This document shows positions 53,830 to 64,000 of a DNA stretch of 64,000 nt, in pieces (the stretch's first letter is position 1; each line of letters begins with the position of its first letter). The notes beneath the pieces were generated by a model, which saw nothing but the letters and a program-made list of their open reading frames with translations, had not been told where the DNA came from and ran no database searches. Origin of the DNA: a virus. The DNA lies in IMG/VR virus record IMGVR_UViG_3300048929_000179, positions 21,882 to 85,881 of that record, one strand, 5' to 3'. Position numbers and translations under genes: made by a program.

Positions 53830-54633
53830 ATGGGAAATGGTTTAAAGGTAACAGGGAAGCAGACGTTTATGGGGATTGAAATTCCGGTAATTGAAGGCGG
53901 CTTTGGTGATGACAAGAGGGTCACTATAATTCCAGTAATCGTAGAAACTCATGGTGTTAGAGCTAAAGTTGTAAACCAATCAATTAACAGATTAATCGAT
54001 AAAGAAAGAATGAGGGAGAATGTAGATTATATTGACTTATTTTCTACACCAGAACTCAAGGTCACTGCTGGTGACCTCGGATTAATTACCAGTAACGGTC
54101 AGAAAAACGCATTTATCTTATCCGAACGAGGTTATTCTAAACTCATTAAGTATATGGACGACGATGAATCATGGGAAATAATGGATAAATTCATTGATGA
54201 ATATTTTGAAATGAGAATTGCGATCAAGGAATCGTTAAGCCAGGAAGATCTTGTACTATTAAGAATATGTAAGTCGTCATCTCCGGAGGAAACCGCGCTG
54301 GCTGTGAATCAGTATAGAGAAGTAGTGACTCAGCCATTGTTGGAGACAATCGAAAAACAGAAACCTATGGCTGCTTTAGCAGAACTTAGAATTGATAAGA
54401 AAGGTTGTTATTCCCTCACTGATGTTACATCTACTCTGGGACTTAAAAGAGGGCAGATTACTAGATGGGCTAAGAGCAATGGATTTATACATAAGAAATT
54501 ACAAGAAGTAAATCAGTCGGGAACACAGTTATTTAAAGTTTACTCTTCAGACGGCATACATAACTGTATTGGAATTAAAGAAGAAGGACTACAAGAAATC
54601 AACCGCAGACTAGAAGAAATTAAATCTTGTTAA
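53830..54633 (+). CDS. antirepressor-like protein (ORF6N-type N-terminus, KilAC/ANT-like C-terminus)
   Basis: GKQTFMGIEIPVIEGGFG...FILSERGYSKLIK; QKPMAALAE...CYSLTDV. Confidence 0.8.
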   Translation: MGNGLKVTGKQTFMGIEIPVIEGGFGDDKRVTIIPVIVETHGVRAKVVNQSINRLIDKERMRENVDYIDLFSTPELKVTAGDLGLITSNGQKNAFILSERGYSKLIKYMDDDESWEIMDKFIDEYFEMRIAIKESLSQEDLVLLRICKSSSPEETALAVNQYREVVTQPLLETIEKQKPMAALAELRIDKKGCYSLTDVTSTLGLKRGQITRWAKSNGFIHKKLQEVNQSGTQLFKVYSSDGIHNCIGIKEEGLQEINRRLEEIKSC

Positions 54634-54676
54634 AACTCTTATTTGATAGAGAAGAAAGGTAGAGAGGTAAATAAAT

Positions 54677-56184
54677 TTGGCAAGATACCATGAAGGAATA
54701 AGATATCATGAAGACGAAATTGTTAAGCATAAAATCAGCTTAGATGAATTGAGATTTTTTGATGATCTTCAAAAAGAATTAAATACTCAAGATCATGTTG
54801 GTCAGGCTGATCCGAGGTTTTGGGTTATTAAAGGAACGGAAAGGATTTATCGCGTAGACGATGCGGATGGGTTTGAATTATATGACCCTGATTGCTGTGA
54901 TACTCTTGCTGAGGATACAAGAGGTATATGTGAATACATGAACGAAAATCTATTGCAGGATATTAATAACAAGAGACTAGAAGGGGAGGAGTTTACTGTT
55001 GAGTTTGAAGAGGGATTATTTGGTTCTGACAAAATTGTTGTAACGTGGAATGATGGTGGAGATGAAGAATACCAGAAGCGAGAAGAACTAACTGACATTG
55101 ATGAAATTAAAACCTGGTTAGATGAACAGGGATATAATTACGAAGTCATTTCATATAAGATTATTCCTAAAATATATGAGAATACAATGTTTCTCACCCA
55201 GAAAGATGCGGAAGATCATTTAAGGTCTAATGATTATCATTATTCGGAAGACGCCCACACCTATGCTATGACAGCATGGAGGAGTTCAAGAGTTGAGATG
55301 TTAATAAAGATTTTGCAAGGTGTAGATTGGAAAGTGTTTTATTGTGAATGAAATCCCAATTTGACGGAGATATGAAAGGAAAAATTAAATGATTAGAAGT
55401 GATTGGACGGTAACGGAATCTTCCGCAAGACCTGCTGGTAGTCCAGATAGATGTTTTTATTGCGGTAGGTTGTTGGGAGAACGGCATAAAGAGGATTGCG
55501 TGATAAGATCTAAGACTGTGGTTGTTGATTTTACTATTAGAACCGTGTTGGAGGTTCCAGAACATTGGGATAATGAACAAATTGATTTTCATTATAACGA
55601 TGGAACGTGGTGTGCAGATAATTTATTAAATGAGTTAGAGCGGAGAACTGAAAATGTAAGATGCTTATGTGACATAACTGAAGCTAAATACATAAAAGAA
55701 GCAAACAGAAAAGATGAAGAGGATTATGGCGTGTCGTTTGTAAATAGGTGTGAAAGCTGAAAATTAGAATAGAAAGGAAAATACTATGGGACTAGATTTG
55801 AGAGCTAGTGGATATCCGAGCGAGGAACTACATATTGGATATATAGGTTTTGGTATTTTGAGGTGTCAAATTGCAAAATCTTATAATCAAGAACTGGGTG
55901 AAATATACGAAAAACCATATAAGGGTTTTGGTTATACGTATTCCGAGAGTGAAATTGATAGATACAATCAATTATGTGATGACGATTTAGATTTATTATT
56001 AAATCATTCAGATTGCGAAGGCAAGCTAACATATTCTGAATGCCGAAAGATTTCGATAGCATTAAATAAATTTGAGTTTAAATATCCCGATGAATGGAGA
56101 CAGGATTATAAGAGAAAGTTTTATGTTCTCAAAGATATGATTGATTGGTGTAGCAAAAATAGAAAAACTTTATGGTTTAGATAA
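54677..56184 (+). CDS. three hypothetical genes (54677-55351, 55389-55760, 55786-56184)
   Basis: ORF track; N6 sites at 54631, 55349, 56190. Confidence 0.7.
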
Positions 56185-56224
56185 CACCGTAAATTTTATA
56201 TTTGATAGAAAGTTGAGGTAAATT

Positions 56225-57256
56225 ATGGATTTAGAAAAAATAAAAGAAAAAGTTTTTTGTTCTCCTGAATACGACTTCATTGTAAACAATCAACATCTTG
56301 GGAGTAATATAATTCTTCTTGGGCTTGGCGGGAGCCACGCATACGGAACTAATATTGAAACAAGCGATATTGATGTTAGAGGTGTGGCTTTAAATACTAA
56401 ACAAGAGATCTTAACCAATGATAATTTTGAGCAATTTACAAATGAAGATACAGACACTACTATTTATTCATTCAATAAAATTATTACGCTGTTGAGTAAT
56501 TGTAATCCAAATACAATTGAGATTTTAGGATTAAAACCAGAACACTACTTATTTTTATCGCCAATTGGTAAAGAATTGTTGGGTAATAAAAAATTATTTC
56601 TTTCAAAGAGAGCTGTTAATTCATTTGGAGGATATGCAAATCAGCAATTGAGAAGGTTATCTAATAAGGCGGCGAGATTAGTCGGGCAAACGGAGAATGA
56701 ACAATATATATTGAAGTCAATTGAACATGCAAAATACGACTTCAAAGAAAAGTATTTTGACATGCCAGATGATGCTATTCGTTTATATACCGATAAAGCA
56801 GTCCAGGAAGATTATAATACATAAATTTTCATGGACATTACTTTATCTCACTATCCTCTTAGAGATTGGAAATCTATGTGGTCTGAAATGCATAGCATAG
56901 TTAAATCTTATGCTAAAATTGGAAAGAGAAACGAGAAGGCTATTGAACACGGTAAACTAGGAAAACACATGATGCATCTAATAAGGCTTTATATAATGTG
57001 TTTGGATATTCTCGAAAATGAGGAAATTGTAACATACAGAGAAGGAGATCATGATTTATTAATGGATATACGAAACGGCAAATATCTTGATGACAATAGG
57101 CAACCTATACCGGAATTTTTTGAGATGGTCGATGAGTATGAGAGAAAATTGGATTATGTGAAGGAAAATACATCGTTGCCAGATAATCCAAACTACAAAA
57201 TGATTAACGAATTTGTAATGAGTGTAAATGAGAGGGTGGTAAAGAGTGGTGTTTAA
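56225..57256 (+). pseudogene. Pol-beta-superfamily (RlaP/YcgL-like) nucleotidyltransferase interrupted by one in-frame TAA at 56822
   Basis: GGSHAYGTNIETSDIDVRG motif; ACA TAA ATT TTC ATG keeps frame into the downstream ORF; no RBS at the second ATG. Confidence 0.75.
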
Positions 57257-58607
57257 TATAGATATTCCAAATGATGTAGATTTCATTCTACGGCAATTAA
57301 ATACATTGGGGCATAAAGCCTATATTGTAGGAGGCTGTGTGAGAGATGCATTGTTAGGCGAGGAACCGCATGATTGGGACATTTGTACCTCAGCTATCCC
57401 AGATCAAGTTATGACAGTATTCTGTAATGAAAGAATAATAACCACTGGATTAAAACACGGAACTATAACGCTTTTGATTAATGGAAATCCATATGAGATA
57501 ACAACATTTAGAATTGATGGAAAGTATACAGATAATAGAAGACCAGACAATGTAAACTTTACAAGTTGTATTTTAGATGATTTAAAAAGAAGAGATTTTA
57601 CTATTAATGCTATGGCATTTAATTTCAATGAGGGATTGATTGATCCGTTTAATGGAAAGGTGGATTTACAAAATAATCTACTGAGATGTGTTGGAAATCC
57701 AAATGACAGATTTGAAGAAGACGCTCTTAGAATATTGAGAGCTATGAGATTTGCCATAAAGTATAACTTGGATTTAGATGACGAGACTTATGAAGCAACG
57801 ATTACAAACAAAAATGGGCTGAAGAATATTTCAAAGGAAAGAATAGCGTCCGAACTAGAGAAAATGTTATCGAGTGGAAATAGTGTAAAAGATATTTTTA
57901 AATCTTGTGCAGATATTGTATCCATTATTATTCCAGAGATGGAACATTGCATAGGGTTTGAACAAAATAATAAATTTCACAAACACAATGTCTATGAACA
58001 CATTCTGTCAGTAGTTGATTTTTGTGAAACTAACGATTTTGTAATCAAAATGGCAGCGTTGCTCCATGACATAGGTAAACCTTTGTCGTACACAGAAGAT
58101 AATGAAGGTTTTGGACATTTCTATGGACACCCTGAGATTAGCTGGGAGATTAGCAAAGAGGTGCTTAGTAAAAGATTAAGGATTTCAAATGAGCAATATG
58201 AAGAGATTCTGCTTTTAGTTAAATATCATGATATGGATTTAGCAACTTCTCGAAAATCCGTAAAAAGAGCGTTAAATAAATTGGGAGAATCTACACTTAG
58301 AAAATGGATTATTCTTAAATTGGCAGACAGGAAAGACCATATTGGATTTTCAGAGGAAGAAATTCGTGATGATTTAGAATGTATTGAAGGGGTATTAAAC
58401 GATATTATCTCTTCTCAGGACTGTTTTTTAATAAAAGATCTTTCAGTAAATGGTAGTGATCTTATTAATATTGGATATAAACAAGGCAAAGATATCGGAA
58501 TTGTTTTAAATTTGCTATTGCAGACGGTGATTGATGGTTGTGATAATAAAAAAGATATACTTATTGGAATTGCTGAGTCTATGAAACCCAGTAAAATCAA
58601 AGATTGA
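57246..58607 (+). CDS. cca: CCA tRNA nucleotidyltransferase with HD domain
   Basis: VGGCVRD...DWDICT, DLKRRDFTINAMA, RFEEDALRILRAMRF, SKERI, LLHDIGK. Confidence 0.95.
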   Translation: MVFNIDIPNDVDFILRQLNTLGHKAYIVGGCVRDALLGEEPHDWDICTSAIPDQVMTVFCNERIITTGLKHGTITLLINGNPYEITTFRIDGKYTDNRRPDNVNFTSCILDDLKRRDFTINAMAFNFNEGLIDPFNGKVDLQNNLLRCVGNPNDRFEEDALRILRAMRFAIKYNLDLDDETYEATITNKNGLKNISKERIASELEKMLSSGNSVKDIFKSCADIVSIIIPEMEHCIGFEQNNKFHKHNVYEHILSVVDFCETNDFVIKMAALLHDIGKPLSYTEDNEGFGHFYGHPEISWEISKEVLSKRLRISNEQYEEILLLVKYHDMDLATSRKSVKRALNKLGESTLRKWIILKLADRKDHIGFSEEEIRDDLECIEGVLNDIISSQDCFLIKDLSVNGSDLINIGYKQGKDIGIVLNLLLQTVIDGCDNKKDILIGIAESMKPSKIKD

Positions 58608-58628
58608 CGGAGAAAAGGAAGTGATTAA

Positions 58629-61600
58629 ATGAAACAGAGATTTAAGAAAAAGAATTATGTGAAATACGCATCTGGTCAATTTGAGCTATTAAACGTAGAT
58701 AAAGATAGCATTGTGATGTTTAGATTTGACCCAAACAAATATACGTATGTTCAGGTATATGATACTTATAAATTAATTAAACGTGTCATTGAAAAGCATG
58801 GAGACAACGATTTACTCGCAGTGCCAAGTGATGTTTCTTTAAAGTTATTTGATAGAAAACAACTGATCAATTTAAGGAATCACATAAACGATGTATTGGA
58901 GGGTACCAGTGGAAAGAACCTGCATTAAGGGTGGAATTAAGATCGCCATACCAAAAGGAGAAGATCTGCGGAAATGTCCAAGATGTAAAGGACTGTTGGT
59001 AGATGCAGTAATACAGAATAAAAAAGGGGTGATATTATTTCAACGTATATTACAGGATATGAAACAGAACCGAAATTTTTAGAAATTGCATTCATGGGAT
59101 ATAATCCAAAATTAACAGGCAATTTATTTAAGTGGTTTTGTGAAAACAATAAAGAAGAAATAGAGGCTTGTAGGCATGGGAGCTGGAATTCAATTGCCAT
59201 TTTTAAAGACGGAACTAAAGTTACAACCATAAACAGTACATCGCACATAAGGGGTGAAAGGTTTGATCAATTAATACTATGTGATGATGAACGATGGGAA
59301 ATTTATGGCAAACGCTATGACGACATTAGTCTTCTACGATTTAATTGTATGTTTATTACAAATGTGCCAGATGAATTTCAGATTTTAGAATACTTGTATG
59401 ATAAGAATGTTGATGAATAAAGTTTTAGACAGTAAAACAAATATTTGATGCTAAATTAGAATTTTGAGAACGTAAAATAGAATGTAAACTATTAAATTAT
59501 GAGAAAGGGTTAGATTATGAAGAGGTTGACGAGAAGAAGTAGGGTTGGAGAATCACTTCCAGTAAAACATCTAAATTTGATGTATATGGATACTACAAGT
59601 GAAGATACATTAACAGAAATTCTTGAATCATTGGCAGAGTATGAAGAGAAAAACGCACTAAAGCCCATTGAAGACTGGCATGAAGATTATGGTGACTGTT
59701 TATGGTGGAGTTTTCCAATAGAGGAACCGCCATATTGCGGGAATCCTCTGGACTGCGATTTCCCAAACAGCGTAACACATTTCACAAGGTTATTTATTCC
59801 AGAAAAGTTATGTTCAAAATAAACACCGTAAATCGAAAATTTGACTGAGAAGGGGAATTGATATGAAACTTGAAAGCATTACGTTTATATTGGAGAATTG
59901 CGATTCAATCACAATAGACGGAAGATATATTGATAGTTTCCACATAGAAGATGCTAGAACTTCTATATTCGGGTTTAACGGAAACAATGTAAGAGAAACA
60001 GAAACAATACATCATTTTGCAGTAAATATATGTGCAGGAGCAAACGTTGAGAGATACGCATTTGGATTACAACGACCCGAAATGGGAGATGAGAGAGTGT
60101 TTAATAGATTGTTGGAATATGACGACATCACCCAAGTTGAGTTGAATTTAGTTTCGAATTCCAAATGTGACAATCGTAAATCAGAGGGGGTGCATTATCA
60201 TTACGACTTACACTGGGTGGGAGATGATGAAAATAATAATGCAGCTCAAAAATCTTACCTAAGCAAAACTGGGAACTTATACATACTCGTAGATGAGAAT
60301 AGAAATATTCGTGATTATTTTCCGATCAGCGACATTGAAGATGGTTGTGTTTTGGATTGCGCGAGTCTTTAATAAAAATCTTTAATAGTTTGAAATAAAA
60401 TGGTTGACTTTGATATTTAATAGGAGTAATATATAAATATAGATTGAAATAAAATTTAGCAAACTTGAAATTACTTTAAGAAAGAAGGTGTAATATGAAA
60501 GAAATGGTTATTAAAATACCACTCACTACAAGTGATACAAAAAGAGACGTAGAAGAATTAATACTGGTTGCTTTAAGGGAGTTTGGAGATATGTTTTATT
60601 CTGTGGAAGAAGTCACAGTTGATGGAGAAAAGGTGTTTGGGACTAAAAATCCGAATGGGTTTAAAAGAGAATTTTTTAGATCTTAAATTTAAATTCCTGT
60701 AAATGCAAGATTTGATGGAGAAACAAAGTATGAATAAGCGGATCGTTAAGAAGAAATTCAAAATGCGCCAAAGGCAATTTTGTCATGTAAGCTATGAGTA
60801 TGAACATGGATTTACTACGGATAAGTATTCAGAGCCATATCAGTGTCCCAAATGTGGTTGGAATTCTTTAGATGCAGATGAAGATTTAAATATGGGCAAA
60901 ATGCTCTGGAGTAGTGGTGGATTTTATGATTATGAATTTGAGGTTGAGTATAAGTGTCCTTGCTGCAATACGGTGTTTAGTTATGTTGATGGCGCATGAT
61001 TGAAATGAGAAGTGAGGTGAAATGTTATTAATATTTTCAAGAAACTTGGTGGAAAAACAAAGAAACTGATTGAACCAGAAGTGGCAACGTTTCAAAAGAA
61101 AAAGGCTATTTTTACAACGGTCGATGGATCGGAGCATTATAGATATCTCAGGACATCGCTACTACTTTGTTCTTATGAAAAATATGTGATGATTTCCATT
61201 AAAGAGGATGGGTATATAACAGATTATGATGGTGTAGTGTATCCGCTTCAGAATGTTTTGTCGATAAAATGGGAGCTTGTTGAAGAAATACATAAAAAAG
61301 GCGAATATGAACCTATGTTCAAAGTTTGGTTTAGTAAGAATGAAATTGATAAAATGGAGGATTGGATATGAAAATTTATTTAAGATTAATTAAACCTGTT
61401 TTCGGATTAGATTGTGTTGACTTTGAGTTTCATGATGTGGCCTCAATTTCAAACGGGACATATCTGGAGATTCGGGATAGGGTAAGTACTCAGCTTGAAT
61501 TTAAGTGTCGACTTGATAATATTGATAGTTTTGTGAAGGAGGAATAAAAATGTTAATTCTTACATTAAAAGACATCGTGGGATTAATTGCCCTTGGGCTG

Positions 61601-63752
61601 TTCTTGATTGTGGTATTAATGTATGGCGTAGGCTATTTGTTTAGATCAATTAAAATGAAGATTAATAGATTATTTAATAAAAAGGAGAAAAAATAATGAG
61701 TGAACAGATTAGAGATTATATCTCACTAAAGCCAATTGCGGAGAGATTTAAAGATGTGGCATCAACCATTTCAGATGAAGAAATCAAGTCATTAATCAAA
61801 GAAGAGCTTAGAGAGCAAATACATAAACAGGTTGAATTTGGATCTACAATTGCCGAGTGGGTGGAGACTATGTTGGAAGGTGATGATATGTGCGAACTAG
61901 TCAGAGAAAGCATGGTAAGTAGCATTAAAAATAAATTCAAGTAAAAGGGAAATTTTATGGGAAAGGATATAAAACAATGAGCATTGCTTTTAATTGGTTC
62001 AAGAATTACGTTATAGTATCAGACAACTGTCATTGTGGACTAGGTGAATACACTGAATATTCATTAGAATGCATAGACAGTGATTCAACCTCTTTCAGCG
62101 CAGGTAACGTAATTGAACTCGATAATATCTTTGAAAAATATCTCAATATCAACATTCCGGTCATTAGTACAAATAATGTTACAGAAGACTATAAGCCAGA
62201 TTTAATAGAACCAAAAAGGTTATCTGAATTGTGTAAGTATTTATTGAAAAGACACAGCTTAGAATTAGGAGATTTAAGAGATAGGGTTGAGTGGATTAAA
62301 AAGATATCAGATGAGGGATACTACGTTGGATATGAATCTGGATATTAGCAAAAATGGAGGTATAAATGACAGTCGATAAAGAAAAAGTTGCAGAATTAAT
62401 TGAACTATATGCAAAAGCACATGAATTGGCAGTTACATGTGGTAGTGAATACATATATCAGAGTGACAGAGCGCAGGAAGACGCATTGGATCTAGTAGCG
62501 GATATTTTTGATGAAGCAGTAGTAATATAACCTGTTGGCGCAGGAAAACAAGACTTTGAATCTTATAAAATTCCAAACAAAATAGTATGTCAAAGAGTCA
62601 GTCAAATGTGGATTCTAACCAGAAACGAAAGAAGGTGAAACGAATAGAGGGAATACACGTATTTAATCAAATAGAGATATTAGCATTGCCATCTTGGTAT
62701 TTTTGGGTAGTGTTTGGTGTTGGTGCACCAATTTTTACAATTGGATTAACTGTATTTGATAAGAGTAAACATAATTTATTAAAAGTAATTGGTTTTATTG
62801 TTGGTATTTTAGCAGGAACTTCAATATATGTCTTTGGATCTGGTTGGCAAATGTTCAAGCAACCAACTGGAAAATATGAATATACGGTTTCTATTGATGA
62901 TACAAAAATACATATGCTTGAGTTCAATGAAAAATATGAAATTGTGAATAAAAATGGAGAACTTTGGATTATAAAAGACAAGTAGATTATATCTAAAAGT
63001 GTATCAATCTGTGGTTTGACAGAGATTGAAAGAGAGGAAGATTATGTCAGAATTATTAAAAGATATTGCTAGTAATCATGAAAAATTACATAGGATTCAA
63101 ATGATCCAGGTGTTGACAGAATCTATTGCAAGTTACGTAAAAGATATAGTAGTAGCAGTAGAAGAAGATTTTGATGAGACAGAAGATTTCGAAGACGCGG
63201 TAACTGGAGCAATTTTGAGAAGAGTGGATCAAGATCTAGAGACATTAAAACGATACCTGTAGAATTTTAATTTGACAGTGAAATATTTAATAGAAAGGAG
63301 CAAAAATGTTTGATACGTCAAAAGTTTATGACCAGAGGGTAACAAATGAAATAACTAATGTTTTTAAGGTTCCAGATAAATATGACGTATATCACCACAA
63401 TAAAAATGATGATATTGACAGATTGAAATTTTACATAGAAAATTCCGAAAGTCTTAGCGACTACACAATATGGATGGATATTTTGTATCCAATAACAAAG
63501 CAAATCGGAGAAAAGGTTTCAAATTATATCACTAAATACTACAAAGGAGAGCAACATTTATTAAAAATTGAAGTTAATGATCCTGAATATTCAGTAGCGT
63601 TATCTATGCCAAAAACAAGTTCATCACTTAAAGTCATAGGGGACACTATAAGAGATATGTTTAATATTAATAACAATGTAATGATAAATCATAATATTTT
63701 TGCAGGTGATTACACTATCGCGATATTTTTGTACGATAGAATATCAGAGTAG
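58629..63752 (+). CDS. array of about 15 small early genes of unknown function (one Zn finger at 60703, one membrane protein at 62587)
   Basis: Plus-strand ORF-track entries with RBSs; N6 sites at many junctions. Confidence 0.7.
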
Positions 63753-63787
63753 AATCGGAATTTTATAGAGAAAAGGAGAACAAATAA

Positions 63788-64000
63788 ATGTTATTTTGGA
63801 GTAAAAAGAGGATTATAGACGAATTAAAAGATGGAGTGGCCAAAGCTATAAACAAAGATATGTTTTATAGTGAAAAGGCATCTAAAGATATAAATAAATT
63901 TCTCATGAATGAGATAGTAAATCTTCATACAAATTATGGAATAGATGGAATGTTTGAAGAAATTAACAAAAAGATTGATGAAAAATTTAAAGAAGTGGAA
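63788..64000 (+). CDS. hypothetical protein, truncated by window end
   Basis: AAGGAG RBS, ATG 63788, open to 64000. Confidence 0.6.
   Translation, partial: MLFWSKKRIIDELKDGVAKAINKDMFYSEKASKDINKFLMNEIVNLHTNYGIDGMFEEINKKIDEKFKEVE

Larger units (their letters stand above)
36793..63765. repeat. dispersed 16-bp arm-N6-arm repeat at gene junctions (about 30 copies)
   Basis: Examples: 37674 TAAAA-TCAATA-TTTGA, 45264 TAAAA-ACTATA-TTTGA, 49104 TAAAT-GTGACA-TTTGA, 55349 TGAAA-TCCCAA-TTTGA, 59829 TAAAT-CGAAAA-TTTGA, 63260 TAGAA-TTTTAA-TTTGA. Confidence 0.85.

Noticed and set aside
36793-63765. CRISPR array or intrinsic-terminator explanation for the dispersed N6 site
   Set aside because: Spacing is gene-sized and irregular, the repeat is degenerate and no cas genes are present. 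The arms are AT-rich, mismatched and lack a U-tail; true terminators occur separately (e.g. near 37082, 39050, 39735).
1-64000. Genome-wide stop-codon reassignment, DGR/retron reverse transcriptase, inteins
   Set aside because: Long genes are intact in the standard code, with only one in-frame TAA case. No RT motifs or intein ends were seen in the terminase, portal or RNAP.

Overview
The whole window is phage DNA: the central part of a large, AT-rich temperate siphovirus of the SPbeta-like type. The host is probably Clostridia/Lachnospiraceae (inferred from the amidase with cell-wall-binding repeats and sigmaA-type promoters). The left arm (1 to about 31.4 kb, minus strand) is the late region. 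It carries a YonO-type single-subunit RNA polymerase split by a 339-nt group I intron in the middle of its catalytic DxDGD motif. It also carries a beta-CASP nuclease, ClpP-like protease, metallophosphoesterase, HU, a tyrosine recombinase, two tRNA-Ser genes, endolysin, terminase, portal, scaffold, capsid and head-tail genes, two free-standing nucleases, RecU and holins. A roughly 2-kb non-coding, compositionally skewed divergence zone (31.5-33.5 kb) may be the origin or genome end. The right arm (33.8-64 kb, plus strand) is a long run of small early genes, two antirepressors, a recombinase/PemK/MrpR-like cassette, a degenerate UUA-anticodon tRNA, a nucleotidyltransferase and a CCA-adding enzyme. 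The most striking unexplained feature is about 30 copies of a 16-bp arm-N6-arm site (T[ACG][AG]AW-N6-TTT[GT]A). The copies sit at gene junctions throughout the early arm, often overlap stop codons, and carry spacers that differ from copy to copy. This looks like a recombinase-built gene-cassette array. All annotations come from motif reading only; no database searches were run.
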